Positions 37,465-52,160 are shown, numbered from the stretch's first letter. The stretch: DNA of 64,000 bases from Malacoraja senta (GCA_038087875.1 CM076000.1:1860001-1924000), one strand, 5' to 3'. The notes: generated from the letters alone by a model not told the origin. Numbers and translations: made by a program.

Positions 37465-37770
37465 TTCCAGTACTGGGAGAGTCTAGAACCAGAGGGCACA
37501 GCCTCAGAATAAAAGAATGTACCTTCAGAATGGAGATGAGGAGGAATTTCTTTAGCTAGAAGGCTGTGAGTCTGTGGAATTCATTGCCACAAACGGCTAT
37601 GGAGGCCGTCATTGGGTATTTTTAAAGCGAAGGCTGGTAGGTTCTTGATTAGTAAGGGCATTGAAGGTTATGGGGAGAATGTGGTTGAGAGGGAAAAATA
37701 GATCAGCCATGATCGAATAATGGCGTAGACTAGATGGACTGAATGGCCTAAGTCTGCTCCTATGTCTTAA
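37465..37770 (+). mobile_element. CR1 3' end
   Basis: GGAGAGTCTAGAACCAGAGGGCACAGCCTCAGAATAAAAG...GAATGGCCTAA..CTGCTCCTATGTCT. Confidence 0.8.
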
Positions 37771-37973
37771 GGTCATATATTTTGGGCAAAACATTTATTC
37801 TGTGGCCTCTATTCTTTGAATCATCTGTTAATGGAAATAGTTTTGCTCTGTATACCCTATATCATTTTCAAATCTCCTTTCAACACTCTTTGCTTCATGA
37901 AGATTAACCCTGGCTTCTAAAGTCTAACCCTGTACTTGAAATCACTCATCCCTGGAAACATTCCAGAAAAAGT

Positions 37974-38240
37974 GTGGCACAGTGGCGCAGCCAGAGAGCT
38001 GCTGCCTTACAGCGCCAGACACCCAGGATCGATCCCGACTGTATGGAGTTAGTCCGTTCTCCGTGAGTGCATGGGTTTTCTCCACACTCCAAAGACCTGC
38101 ACGTTTGTAGGTTAATTGGCTTCATTAAAATCGTAAATTGTCCCCAGAGTGGAGGATAGTGCTGGTGTATGGGGTGATCGCAGGTCGGTGCGGACTCGGT
38201 GGGCCAAAGAGTCTGTTTCCGCACTGTAACGCTAAAGTCT
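37974..38240 (+). mobile_element. HE1-like V-SINE
   Basis: GGCACAGTGGCGCAG head. Confidence 0.8.
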
Positions 38241-39138
38241 AAAATCTTTTCCATTCTCTCTGGGAGCTTTACATCCTTCCAAAGGTTAAATGACAAGAAC
38301 TGGATGCAATAGCCCAGCTGCAGTCTAATCAGACTTTTATGCAGACTCCACATAACATCCCAACTTTTGTATTCAATGCCGTTTATAAAGCACAGGAACT
38401 CTTTTGCTTTACTAATCACTCTCAACATATGCTACCACTTTTAAGGCTTTGTGTGATCATATACGCAAGTCCCCTCTGTTCTTTCACAATGCCCATTGAT
38501 GTAGTTTGTCTCTGTATTCTTTCTGCCAATGACCCACGCAGAAAACCACCTTCTATAATGAAATCTGGAAAAAACAACTAATAATTGCATAGGTCTGTTT
38601 AAATGGGTTTCTTGCCAAGTGTAATTTGGAACAAATATTTTTTATCAACTTTGAAAATGATACGAGTGGTTGATTAGAATAGGAGTTTACTTGAACAGCT
38701 GCGATCAAGTTCAATTCTATACACTCCCTGAGTTGCAAAAACAAAACTATAGAAGCTCATGATGCTGTAAGCTTATAAATAGAAAGGAGTAAAAGCATTT
38801 ATGTTGAGAAAGATCACTCATTATTTGCATTGTGTGCATATGCAGTTAGTGAATTTTGGTAGAGAATTTGCCAATTTGCTATTACAACCAGTGCTGGAGT
38901 TACTCCATGGGTCAGGCACGTGACATTTCGAGTCAGGACCTTGCTGTGTCTCCATATGCAACCAAGTATCTGTGCTGGCTGTGCTATATGCAGCAAAATA
39001 GTGTGCAGAGGCAGAGGGGTAACTACTGTACAAAGTCCAGGTGCTGTAGACGATTACCTGGGTTGGAAGGAAAATCTTTCTTCCTACAGCACTCGTATAA
39101 CAACCAGTAATCAGCTGAGGGGGGGGGAGGGAAATCTT

Positions 39139-39510
39139 TAGACATACAGCACGGAAACACCGAGTCCGTGCCGACCAATGCTTTCAAGAGAGAGCTAGAT
39201 AGGGCTCTTAAAAATAGCGGAGTCAGGGGATATGAGGAGAAGGCAGGAACGGGGTACTGATTAGGGATGATCAGCCATGATCACATTGAATGGCAGTGCT
39301 GGCTCGAAGGGCCAAATGGCCTACTCCTGCACCTATTGTCTATTGACCACTGATCACCCCATACACTAACACTATCCTATAAACTAGGGACAATTTACAC
39401 CAAGGCCAATTAACCTACAAACCTGTACATCTTTGGAGTGTGGGAGGAAACCGGAGGATCAGGAGAAAATCCACACGTTCACAGGGAGAATGTACAAACT
39501 CTGTACAGAC
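39139..39510 (-). mobile_element. HE1-like SINE interrupted by a CR1 3' tail (39178-39344, +)
   Basis: GACCA on both sides of the insert; the insert matches 10300-10455. Confidence 0.75.
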
Positions 39511-39937
39511 GAGTCATTCGTCCTTACAGAAGTAATTCACAAAAGCACAGAAATAGCACATCTACCTCGTCAAAATAAAGCCATGCACTGCTGCTCAGAT
39601 ACAGCATTAGATGTTTTGAAAAGCAGAAAAAGCCAATGTTAAAACTCATACGCTTTGAGTAATTTATCAAACAAATAAATGATATAATATTTTGTACATA
39701 TTTTAGTTTGAAAAAGGACAGCTTAACAGTCTCCCGAGGATGCATACCATTCATAGTTTTGTTCGAGATGATATAAAACAGTGCATACAAGGCAGAAAAA
39801 TACACAGGAGGTCATTAGAAGGGGCATTTAAGAATCTGCAACATAATTTACTGCTAAAGCAAATGCTCATTTGTTGAAATATAGCTCAGGTCCTCATATC
39901 CTGCCATAAATGATATAAATAAAGAAAACAAATCTGT

Positions 39938-40340
39938 GTTATAGGGAGAGGTTGAGCAGGCTGGGATTTTATTCATTGGAGTGCAGGAGGTTGAGAGGTG
40001 ATTGTATAGATGTGTATGAGAGGAATAGATCAAGTAAATGCACAGTCTTTTGCCCAGTGTATGGGGAATTGAGAACAAGGGGGGAAAGATTTACTAGGAA
40101 CCAGAATGGCACCTTTTATTTACACAAATGATGATGGGTATATGGAACAAGTTGCCAGAGGAGGTAGTTGAGGTAGGTACTGTCATAACGTTAAGTGACA
40201 TTTGGACAGGTACATGGATAGGATAGGTTTGCAGGTTTATGGGCCAAGAATGGGCAGGTGGTACTAGAGTTGATGGGGGCATGTTGGTCAATGTGGGCAC
40301 ATTGGGCCAAAGGGCCTGTTTCTACATTGTATGACTATGA
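39938..40340 (+). mobile_element. CR1 3' fragment
   Basis: Colinear with 13850-14275. Confidence 0.8.
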
Positions 40341-40367
40341 AATACTCTGGTATTTTTTTACATGTAC

Positions 40368-40735
40368 TGTGGGCAGTGGGCAGGTGCTATAGACCTGCAC
40401 GGGAAGGTAGACCCTCCCGCCCCCATGAGTCTCGGGCAGATGAGGTTCATCAGCCTGGGAAGGCAGTCCATCTAGGAGAGGGAAAACTCTGATTTAAAAC
40501 CTCCACTGCCTTGTGGCCATATCCAGTCATGGAAAAGGCTCCAGGAGTAAACCTCAAGAAAATCCAGAGTCGGAGCCCCCAAGGCAGTTCGTCGTTGTTG
40601 ACAACCTCGCTCTGGCAGCTCCTACGACGGCGCTGGTGCCAAACTGTAACGGCCCTGCTGTTCCTTTGGATCGATCAGTGACGTGGAGAGGGGGGACGTG
40701 CTGCCTGGGCAACAGCCTGTCCTCCATATGACATT
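40368..40735 (+). mobile_element. RTE-related non-autonomous element, split by L2 (3' part about 42783-42872)
   Basis: GGCAGTCCATCTAGGAGAGGGAAAACTCTGATT resembles RTE/Expander 5' UTRs; short CTACTACT tail after the L2. Confidence 0.5.
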
Positions 40736-42782
40736 AAACGACTCATAAAGAAATCACCTCTCACAGTCCACCATGAAGCTTACAAACTCCACCTCACTGC
40801 CTACAAAGATGCCCTCATTGCTGCTAAATATGCCTACCTCTCCTCCATATTCACCGACCCCTGCCTAAACCACAGAACCCTCTTCTCCACAGTGTGCAAC
40901 CTCCTCAAGCCTCGAGCCAACACTCTCCCTACCTCCACTCCGGATCTCTGCAACTCATTCCTCCACTTTTTTGCTGACAAAATCAGCACCATCTATCAAT
41001 CTTTATCCCCTGTACCCGACTCCCCAGCATCTACTCCACCACCTACCAAGGCCCCTCCTTTCAACATCTCCGCTGACCTCCTCACTGCTTCCTCTCCCAG
41101 TTTGACCCGGTCACCCCTACTGAAATCTCTAAACTCATCAGCTCTTCCAAACCCACTACCTGCTCCCTCGACCCTCTCCCCACTCCCCTGCTGAAGTCCT
41201 GCCTCCCCGCTCTCTGCCCCTACCTCACTAATCTCTTCAACTCCTCATTGTCCCAAGGAATTGTCCCCTCTGCTTTCAAAACTGCTGCTGTCACACCAAT
41301 CTTAAAGAAACCTGGTCTTGATCCTTCCTCTCTCATTAACTACCGCCCTATCTCAAACCTCCCCTTTCTTTCAAAAACCCTGGAGCGTATCATCGCGTCA
41401 CAACTTCATTCCCACCTCCTCGCGTATAACCTATTCGAACCCCTCCAATCTGGCTTTCGCCCCCTCCATAGCACAGAAACTGCTCTCCTCAAAGTCCTGA
41501 ATGACCTCCTTACCTCTGCTGACACTGGCTCCCTCAATATCCTCATCCTCCTCGACCTGAGTGCAGCCTTCGATACCGTGAACCATAACATCCTGCTCAC
41601 CAGAATTAGGGACCTTGGCATTGAAGGTTCTGCACTCAGCTGGCTCCGTTCCTACCTTTCCAACCGATCCCACTTCATCTCTCTCCACAACCACACCTCT
41701 GCCACAGCCACCGTCACTCAAGGCGTTCCCCAAGGCTCCGTTCTTGGTCCCCTCCTCTTCATCATCTACACCCTCCCCCTTGGTCATATACTCCGTCACT
41801 TCAACCTGGACTTCCATTGCTATGCTGATGACATCCAGATCTATCTCTGCACCAAGTCCCCCCACCACCCCCCCTCTCTCCCATATCAACTCCTGCCTGT
41901 CAGCCATCAAATCTTGGATGCAACTCAACTTCCTTAAATTAAACAGTAACAAAACAGAATTTCTCCTCATTGGCTCCAAATCAACACTCACTAAAATTAA
42001 CAACCCCACTCTCACTATTGACGGCACCACTGTCTCCCCATCTCCTCAGGCCCGCAACCTTGGCGTGATCTTTGACTAAACCCTCTCCCTTGAGCCTCAC
42101 ATCCGCCATGTTGTCAAAACATCATTTTTTTCACCTCCGCAACATTGCCAAAACCAAATCCTCTCTCACACCCCCTGCTGCTGAAAGACTCATACATGCC
42201 TTCATCTCCTCCCGACTGGACTACTGCAACTCTCTTCTCTTTGGCATTAATTCCAGCAACATCAACCGACTCCAACTGGTCCAGAATGCAGCCGCCCGAC
42301 TCATTACCCACACCAAATCCTGGCACCACATCACCCCAGTTCTCAAAGAACTTCACTGGCTTCCCATTTCCCACCGGATCATCTACAAAATCCTGGTCCT
42401 CACCTACAAAGCCCTCAACCACTTGGCCCCCCCTTATCTCACTGACCTCCTCTCCCCCTACCAACCCTCACGGTCCCTCAGATCCACATCAGCTAGTCTC
42501 CTCTCCACTCCAAAATCAAACCTCTGCACTTTTGGAGGCAGAGCCTTCTCCAGGGCAGCTCCCAGGCTCTGGAATTCCCTCCCACAACTGATCCGAAATT
42601 CTGAGTCCCTCACCATCTTCCAGTCCCACCTCAAGACCCATCTCTTCACCTCTGCATACCCTTAGTCCCATGTCCCCCTCCCCTTTGCATCTCTGTCTTA
42701 CTGCTCTATTTAAAAAAAAAAAATTTGACTTTGAGTCCTTGAAAAGCGCTATATAAATAAAATTTATTATTATTATTATTAT
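40736..42782 (+). mobile_element. L2 LINE, 5'-truncated, frameshifted RT
   Basis: NYRPISNLPFLSK, QSGFRPLHSTET, LLDLSAAFDTV, GVPQGSVLGP, CYADD, SRLDYCNSLL; tail GAAAAGCGCTATATAAAT plus (ATT)n. Confidence 0.93.
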
Positions 42783-44646
42783 CGCCCAGGCTTGCATCCG
42801 ACCACACATCACCTGCAAACTAGGATGCATTACCCATAGTCAGTCAGTCATGACCAAAGAGGGCCTACTACTGTATAGAGTACAGTGGCTACTTTGCATT
42901 GCTCCTCAATAGACCTTACAGTCACATTTTATACTAGGTCATTATCATCTCAATCCAAAATCTCCATAGAAACTGAAATAGCAACAGCATATATGGCCAC
43001 ACTGCATTACATTAGCACTGGGATGCACTACATAGGCTGGGCTTCAAACTATGAAGGTCATCTAAAAAGCAAAATTGATAGGAGCTCCAATGCAGTACCT
43101 CAGAAATTGCAGTAACATTCTATGCCACAAGATGTCAGGAGATCAGTATTCTGTTGTCCTTCACTTTTAATGATGACCTCTCATCCACAAGCGATTTGAA
43201 AATGTGAGCAATTATCTGGTATACAACAAGGTACAATTTGACCATTTCAGGAAAAGTAATAGTGTTACATTTTGCTTTAATACTTATCCTTTTAAATAAA
43301 TTGACCTTTAGGGCAAGGTAACGTCACTCATGAGAAAGAAAGAAAAATTACAGACACTGCAGTCCTTTTGAGACTTTTCAGTCTGAATAAAATGATCATT
43401 TCTTTTACATGGTTTATGCTTGTCATATGATCATTTGCAGCTCTTTTGGCAATGAAAAGCAGCAAAAAGCATATGGGAACACCAAGAAATGTCTATTGTT
43501 CCTGCTAAAGGCGAGTTGTTTAAATAATAGAACACTGATAATTGAATACATAAATTATAGAAAATTGATTTACATTATTATTAAAAGTATAGTGTAAATG
43601 CACACTTTTTTTACAACAAGGAACGTAGCTCAAGCTTTGGTTAATGAATCCAATGTTCTGTTCCAATGTGGGAAGCAGCAGGCCTGCAGCGTAACTGGAC
43701 TGGGAGTCGCTCCAGTACATAGAGCGCATGTTGCATTGGACTTTTTGTAAATTACGTCAAAATACGCCAACTTGTGCACGTGTGATCTATACATTTATTC
43801 CCAAGGTAAGAAGGCAGAATAGATATCTAAAGTGAGATTTTGATCAGTCTGGAGCACAATGGAACTAAGAGTTGTGGATCTAATCTAGAAGACCACCTGG
43901 CACTGCTTGGAAAGCAATTTCAAAAGAGGTGCAAGTCTGAATTTAGTAAGTGCTTATGCAGACTTTCCAAAATGTAATCTTAATTTAAAGCAGAAAATTT
44001 GCAAATGTTGAAAAAATTACCAGCCAGGTGGCTGAATAACATTTACCCGGTTGAGTGTGATTTTCACCTGATAATATAACAGTGGCCTATTGATTGAAAT
44101 TTATTCCAATGGCAGTGGTCTGCATCCTAATACTCATGTTGATCTCTTTCCATAGTTTTCTGATATAAAGATCTTGGAGCAATGCATAAAATACAGAATT
44201 ATTTTTTAATCATACTAGCTATCCTGAATCTTCAGCTTTTCTCAGCCAATTTTCTACAGACTAGTATATATGCGAGTGTGTTAGCCATAGTACATTTAAA
44301 TTACGAAAATATCATGCGTTTGAACCAAAAACTATCTATAATTATTGATCAAACATCAGAATACTGCTCTAACATCAGGATCCTGCTCACCCCACATGGT
44401 TTTATCCACCTTGACAGTGGTTGACTTATCAACTGAAGTACTACAATTCGCAAAAATCATGTCAAAGGATGATCACCATCTACTGCTGAAAATAAAATCC
44501 TACAAATGGAAAGGCCATTTCTACCCAATAAACAAAGCCTCAGGAACAAAGGACATTTCTACCAAAGTTCAAGATGTTGATGGACATGAACTTGAAGCAC
44601 AAATTCACAAGCTCATCTCACAAAGAGCACATACCAAGAGACCTAA

Positions 44647-44997
44647 TTACGCAACCTTTACAGGCGACGGCCGGCACCCGTCATAGGTCGCCGAAATTTT
44701 CAACATGTTGAAAATTCAGCGGCGACCAGAAAGACGCCACGACTCTTTGGAGACCTCTCACGACCATAGGAGACCTCTTACGACCATACAGGCTGTACGG
44801 TCGTGAGAGGTCTCCTATGGTCGTGAGAGGTCACCCGCGACATGTCGCCAGGGATCGCCTGTATGGTCGTGAGAGGTCTCCAAAGAGTCGTAGCGTCTTT
44901 CTGGTCGCCGCTGAATTTTCAACATGTTGAAAATTTCGGTGACCTATCACGGGTGCCGGCAGTCGCCTGTAAAGGTCGTGTAAGTGGGACAGGCCCT
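44647..44997. mobile_element. Palindromic PIF/Harbinger-like MITE (outer left TIR lost)
   Basis: About 120-bp inverted arms; right end AAGTGGGACAGGCCCT|TAA. Confidence 0.8.
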
Positions 44998-45079
44998 TAA
45001 CTGTTTCTTGCTCCATAGTTGCTACCCAAGCTGCTGAGTATTTCTGGCATTTTTTTTACCATAGTACACATTAATTTAA

Positions 45080-45261
45080 ATAAAATGCCAGTGGATTAGG
45101 CAGCACTCTGAAAAAAAAAAGGTGATGTTTGGGTCGGAGGCCTACTTTTACCTGAAACATCACCTATTCTTTTTCTCCAGAGATGTTGCCTGACCCCCCA
45201 AGTTATTCCAGCATTGTGTGTATATCTCCGTTATAAACCAACATCTGCAGTTCCTTCCTAA
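45080..45261. mobile_element. Short Penelope-derived retroposon, 14-bp TSD
   Basis: ACACATTAATTTAA at 45066-45079 and 45262-45275. Confidence 0.75.
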
Positions 45262-45454
45262 ACACATTAATTTAATGTGGATTATATAGAGAACATGAAT
45301 GTTAAATATTTTATTTTGAATCTAAAATTTCCGTTAGGAAAATAATTTGTGTTAAATGCTAATGCATTAATTTCGTTTCTTCAAATGTATGTATAATCTG
45401 TTTTTATGATCACCATCTAACAAAGACATTGAACCTGCAACACCGATAACATCA

Positions 45455-45810
45455 GCCTTGGTTCAGTGGAAGCATTTTTGCTGCAAAGTCAGAAAGTTAT
45501 AGTCCAATTGCGACTTCAAAGATTTGAGTATATAATTAGTCTGTCGCAACTTAAAATATTGAGAGGTGGGATGAGAGGCCCCACCTTTCTGATAAGTTTC
45601 TTCCTTCTGAGGGAAATGTAAAGAATTTTATGGTGCTAGTGTGGAGAACTCTCCTCGTGTGCTGGTCAATACTTACACTTCAAACCACATCAAATGATTG
45701 CCTTGCTCTGTTATTTCACTGTTGCTTATACCACCTGGAACAACTTGTTTGTTCTTAAGTACTTCAGTAGCTAAAATATCCAGCAGTAATGAAAACTATT
45801 AAATACAAGT
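45455..45810 (+). mobile_element. Old Deu-domain SINE
   Basis: CCTTGGTTCAGTGG..GTCAGAAAGTT head; AAGTACTTCA; tail split by the 45811 insertion. Confidence 0.5.
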
Positions 45811-45902
45811 CTGAAGAAGGGTTTCGACCCAAAACGTTGCCTATTTCCTTCGCTCCATAAATGCTGCCTCACCCACTGAGTTTCTCCAGCATTTTTGTCT
45901 AC
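45811..45902 (+). mobile_element. 92-bp Penelope-derived insertion starting at the hammerhead-like CTGAAGA
   Basis: TSD CTATTAAATACAAGT (45796-45810) / CTATTAAATCCAAGT (45903-45917). Confidence 0.8.
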
Positions 45903-46044
45903 CTATTAAATCCAAGTTCTTTCTGTCGTTTAAAATGTGTCAAATTATATGAGATCCTATTAATTTTGTAACTCAATGGGCTTGCTGCATGATTCTACGA
46001 ATCTACGATTTTTCATGTTTGATCCCTATGGAGAATTTAAAAAT

Positions 46045-46375
46045 ATTTAGTTTTGTTTCAAGACACAAAATGGAATCGGGCGCTTCAGCCCACAGAGTCT
46101 ATGGCGACCATCAATCACCCGTTCACACTAGTTCTATATTATCCCATTTTTGCATCCACTCTCCACACACTAGGCACTATTTTACAGAGGTAAATGAATC
46201 TACAAACCTACAAGTCTTTGGTATGCGGGAGGAAATCGGAGTACCCGGAGGAAGCCCACGTAGTCACAGGGAGAAGATGCAAACTCCACACAGACAGCTC
46301 CCAAGGTCAGAATGAAACTGGGTGTCTGGTGCTGCAAGGCAACACCTCTACCAGCTGCACCACTGTGCTGCCCTC
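46045..46375 (-). mobile_element. HE1-like V-SINE (older)
   Basis: Ends GCTGCACCACTGTGCTGCCC on + strand. Confidence 0.75.
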
Positions 46376-48597
46376 GTGTCTTCTTTACTGGTAGAAAAGG
46401 CGCGAGTTGAATAGAAATACATTACTCCTTCATAAGATCCGTCATAGTTATTCATAGCTTGGAGTGTAGACCATATCCCAATATGTATCTCATCTCATCT
46501 GACAATTCATCCTTTAAAGATTTTTTATCATTTTTTTAATCATTTAACCCTTTCTTATTCTAAACAAAGATCTGGTTAGGCACCAATGGGTATGAGAAAT
46601 ACATTTGAATTGTTAAAGTTGATAACAACCTCTCTCAAATTTCATCCCAGTTGTTATCAGGCAACTGAACCATCCTACCAACAACTTGAGAGTAGTCCTG
46701 AGCCACAATCTACCTCATTGGAGACCCCCGGACTATCTCTAAATCGGACTTTACCTTGCACTAAACGTTATTCCCTTTATCATGTATCTATACACTATGG
46801 ATAGCTTGATTGTAATCATACATTGTCGCTCCGCTGACTGGTTAGCACGCAATAAAAGCTTTTCACTGTACCTCCAGTGACAATAAACTAAACCTTAACT
46901 ATCGAATGTGGAAACAAGTACACTGACTAAAAATGTTGGACTTGTGAAAGTAAAATGGTAGAGAATCAACAATGTTTTCTGGTGTATTCTATAGCACAGC
47001 TTCACACAGTCTCCATCACCAATTGGTGTGATGGGGGTGAGGCGTGGGAGATTACGAGAGGTGGAGCTGAGAATAAAGAGTGGGACTGGGGGTGCAATGC
47101 AATGAGTTATAAAAAGGTTATCTACCATTAGATTTTCACTTTGGTCTCTAAAACAAATCACAGAAAATGTTTATGTTTCTACTCATTTCTATATAGGCTG
47201 GAGAAAATACATGTTTACACTTTGATTCGATAACTGAAACTAACATTTCTCTAACATAATATATTCTCTCAATTTAACTACAATAGTCTTTAGTCTTTTT
47301 CAAGAAGGAGAATCTGTCTGTTTTTCATGAGAGCTATTTCTGGATAATATCTGTAAAATACAAAATTTTAGAAGGTGAGAGAGATAAGATTTATAGGAAC
47401 AAGAGGGCCAACATTTTCACTCAGAGGATGGTAGGTATATGGAATGAGCTGCCAGAGGAGGTAGTTGAGGCAGTACTATAACACCATTTATTCAGACACG
47501 TTCATGGATAGCAATGGTTTAGAGGGATATACATGGGGCAGGTGAGACTAGTGCAGATGGGGTATTTTGGTAGGATGGACAAGTTGGACGAAGGGCCGGT
47601 TTCCAAGCTGCATGACTATGATTCTTGGTCAATCAGGTTGTTGCTCAGACTACAGCTCTGTGTTCAACACCATCATCCCATCCATAGGTACTGACCACCC
47701 CAACGAAGGGATATAAAAAAAATCGCTGCAATCTAACGAAAAATCACTGGATTGGTAGGGTAGGTTGATAGTTTAATTGGCTACTTTAAAATGCCTCTAT
47801 TGTGTAGATAGCAAAATCTGGGGAGAATTTATGAGAATGTGGAGAATTTAAAAAATGCAGTTAAGTAGGACGTGTAAATGAGTGGCTGATGGTCGGCAAC
47901 TGACCAGATGGGTCGAAGGGCCTGTTTGTGTGCTGCTTCTCTCTGTGACTCCATGACTAAGTTGCATAAGATTTTCAAAACTAACAATTTGGGTTTACTG
48001 TAATTTAAAAATCACTTTTTGATCATCTTCATTAAATTTATTTAAAACTCAAAATTAAATATATTTGTTACTTCATTGACCATTGTACAGAAGCATTTGC
48101 TGTAAATATTTAAATACAATTTTCGTTCTTTATTGATCTTCACCATATTGATTTTCCAGTTCAACTGAGGGGAAAATTACAGGAAAAAGACAAAGGTGTG
48201 ATCAATACGGCAACTCTTTAAAAAATATATATTTATACTTTAAAAATTGGATATCCTATATTTGCAAATATGTATAATCACAATAGATTCCTGCTACTTT
48301 TTAACATTTGAGAATACTGTTGCAAAAATTTGCATTGAATCAGTGCTTTGACAACTAAAACAAGCTTAAGATTTATTTACCCAAAATCAGGATTATACAA
48401 AATTGAGTTTTGTGATTAATATGGCTGTTTTTCAAATGTTCTTTTTGGTATGTGGACATTACTGACAAGACCAGTATTTATTGGTAATAAGCCCACTTCC
48501 TGAACCAATATTCCTTCTGATGAAACCACTCCCATTATGCCTTTTGGTGGAGGATTCCTGGATTTAAAGGCAGTAAGGATGGAGAAACACTGATATA

Positions 48598-48953
48598 CAG
48601 TAAACCCTCATTATTACAGACCTCTAACAGATTTCAGTGATAGGGGACTTTAAGAACACAGGTTGCTAGTTACTCGGCGGAGGCTATCGAAATTGACAAG
48701 ACATTGAAATTGACAAGCAATCTCTTCCATCCATAATGTAGCAAACAGCCTTTAGTATTTTTAGCCTGCAATAACAAAAATATTTTTTTAACTGTTAAAC
48801 GAACTTTGTATTTGAAAACAACTTGTTTCATGGAGTGACTGCTTGGTGGTAGGAACGAATCCCATACTCGGTTATAGTGGATAATTGGCATTAATGGACA
48901 CCATTACCCCCACCTCATCCCTCCCCCCTCCATGATCTGTTATGTGTTCACTG
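48598..48953. mobile_element. Old Tigger/pogo-like MITE
   Basis: TA|CAGTAAAC ... GTTCACTG|TA; TIR degenerate. Confidence 0.4.
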
Positions 48954-49339
48954 TACCTGCAAGTCATGATACAATGTTATAAGGACGAAAAGCAGCCGGT
49001 GGTCAAATCCCAAATACCTACTGTCATTGTTAATCTTGGTGGTGGAGGATGTACATTTGGGAGTTTCTGTCAGCATGGCCTTGGCATTATGCAGGTGCTG
49101 CATTAGACAGCCTTAGTGGTGGTAGGAATAAATATTCTGGATTGTGGATGGGTGTCAATCTTGTGAGCTGCCTCGGCATTGACAGCATTAAACTTTGAGT
49201 ATTGGTGAATTGGCACTCATTCAGGCAAATTTCTATTTATAACTTGTGTAATGTAAAGTGTAGAACAATGATGGAATATCAGTAGGCAAGTCATTTACAG
49301 CAGGATCCTCATCCTCCAGTGATGTTAGTTCAGTTTTGT

Positions 49340-49630
49340 TTTAATTTAGTGTAGCGATACAGTGCGGAAATAGGCCCTTCAGCCCATCGAGTCCACGCCA
49401 ACCAGCGATCCCTGCACACTAACACTATCCTACACTAGGGACAATTTACAATTTTATCAAGCCAATTAGCCTACAAACCTATATGTCTTGCGTGTGGGAG
49501 GAAACCAGAGCACCCAAAGAAAACCCATGCAGGTCGTGGAGAGAATATACAGACCGCATCATAGTCAGGATCGAACCTGGATCTCTGGAGCTATAAGGGA
49601 GCAACTCTACCGCTGCACCACCGTGCCGCA
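49340..49630 (-). mobile_element. HE1-like V-SINE
   Basis: Same consensus. Confidence 0.85.
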
Positions 49631-52160
49631 CAGTTTACTTTCTGATTAAATATCACCCCTAGAATGTTGAAAATGAGGACTTGGCGATGGTTATGCCATT
49701 GAAGGTCAAGGGTAGGTGAATGGACACTCTCCAATTAATGTTCAATGCCAGGCACGTTTGTTGAATAGGTTACCTGTATTAGGTCTGTTTCATTCTATGC
49801 CTTGCCTATTTTGCTGATGATTAAGAGATGATTGATGACACAATAATTAGGAGACACATGGAACTGCAGACTGATCAATATGAAGAAAAGCCCCAACCCG
49901 AAATGTTGTCTATCAATGACCTCCAGAGATGCTGCCTGACCCACTGAGTTACTCTGGCACTTTGAGTTCTGGCACACTAATTAGTTGAAGTGGATTTGTC
50001 TCTCATATGGGCAATTTTTCACATCGTTGGGTAGATGTAACCATACAGGAACAGCTTGCATGGTATGTAAGCGTATTGATCCTTATTGAAAATTCAATAC
50101 CATGCATTTACTTGCGTAGGAAGGAACTTTTTGTGTCTATATTTGACAAACACCAGCATCTGCAGTTCCTTCCTACCTCAGTGGCTCAGACAGCATCTCT
50201 GGTGAAAAGGAATATGTGACGGTTCGGGTTGAGACCCTTCCCCAGATCGAGAGTCAGGGGAAAGGGAAATGAGAGATATAGACGATGATATAGAGAGATA
50301 TAGAACAAAAGATAGATATGCAAAAACAGTAACGATGAAAAACTTAGCAGATTTGTCAAATACCATTTTCCATTCTTAAATTCATGCACATTCTTTCAAT
50401 CGTTTAATTACTTTAGAACTTTGTTACCAAGCCTTTAATTGTAGCTTTTTTTAAGGTTTTCCCTACCCTTAGTGTTAGGTTAGTTGACATGATAGCGTTC
50501 CCTCTATCTTGGTTTTCTTGGGATAATGAGGCTGTATTGGCAACTCCTTCCAAATGTGTGGTCTTAAAGCACTGAACAATTGCAGAGACTTCCCTCCACT
50601 TGCAATCTAACTGACCCACTGAGTTACTCCAGCACTTAGTGTCTATCTTTGGTATAAAGCAGCATCTGCAGTTTTTTATTTCTAAATATTAATGGTATTG
50701 GTCCAGAGCATTAGATGTTGCAATTCATATTCTATCATGCAAAACAAAGGGTTGGATTCAATCTGGGCCACATTTAACAAAGTTGGAAAACAAGCAGAAA
50801 ACAAGCACCTGCATCACAACATGCAATTAACCCACACAGTTCAATCCAAAGCAGGCATCATACCAAACCCATCCTGCCTACTAATTATAATGATTTCAGC
50901 ACAAAGCCAGCAATAATCATGTTGTTGATTATCTTTGGGACACAAGGAACTTCAGATGTTGGAATCTTGAGTAAAACACAAAGAGCTGGAGCAATTCTGC
51001 AGGTCAGGCAGCATCCATAGAGGGAATGGACAGGTGACGTTTCAGGTCGGGACGCTTCGCTGACTGAATGGGGAGGGGAAAGGGGAAGGGCAAGAAACAG
51101 GTAAAGAGGTGGGAGTGTGACAAAGCCTGGCATGTGATGGGTGGATACAGATGGGGGAGGGAGGTTGATTGGCAGATGGGTGGGCAAAGGCTAGAGATGA
51201 AACGGCATATGGTCAAGCAGCAGGAATCAGAGAGGATGAGCTGTGAGGGAAGGTCTCAGAGAACTCCTGGAGAGGGGAGAACTTCTTCAAAGTAGGCATA
51301 CTTTGAGGAGATTTTGCAGAGGAGCAGTAAAATGGAGAGACAAGGAACTGCAGATGGTTAATTGTTCATCCAATTTGATGAGTGGCTAGCACTTAAAACC
51401 AGTCTATGGGAAGTACATTGTGGCAAAATTAAGTATTGGAAGTTATTTTGGGGAAGAGTACAACTTCACAGGAGAATTGACGTAATACATCAAGAGCAGA
51501 TTCTGCAATTTCCCCATGCAGCACAAGTCACATAAGAAGAGTGATATCCATTGTCCACAATGTGAGGCAGCCCTCCTGCGGTGGTAGGTGACAGTTATGT
51601 GGGTAAATGCGAGGAGTGCAGCCACAAGGACCCGAACACAGCACCACAAAGAGTTCAATGACGTTAAATACAAAGTTAGTGTTGGTCATCTTCAATAGCC
51701 ACATCTCACCAACTGAGATACTGCTGAATGCATTGCACCTCACCTACCAACAATTCCCAGCCAGAGGGCCTAAACTTATCTTTTAGATGCTCCATCACAA
51801 ACTCAGTCATGCAATTATGACTATTCAATGACACACATCTTACAGCTTGTGAAGAGCATCAACTATGGAGGCACATTACTTAATTAAAGGGCAATATTGG
51901 CCAATGCAATTTCTTTTCTCTTGAAGGATAAGGAGGCATAGCATCAGTTGCATTAGCGGCAAATGTTGCTCCATCATCTTGTAATCTGTAGGAGCACAAC
52001 TTCCAGAATTAGGGCAGGCAGGGTAGAGTACGGGGACACTAAAAGACCAAAGACCATGGAATAGTGTTATTCTCTTACTTTATCTACACTTTTGCATCCC
52101 ATTTTCCCTGTAGCATACCATTTCTTCTCATTTACAAGCAGATCGTGATAGCATGCACTT

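Noticed and set aside
43620..43811. Plus-strand donor AAG|GTAAGA with a CpG-containing unique stretch
   Set aside because: No frame stays open from a plausible acceptor; no supporting neighbours
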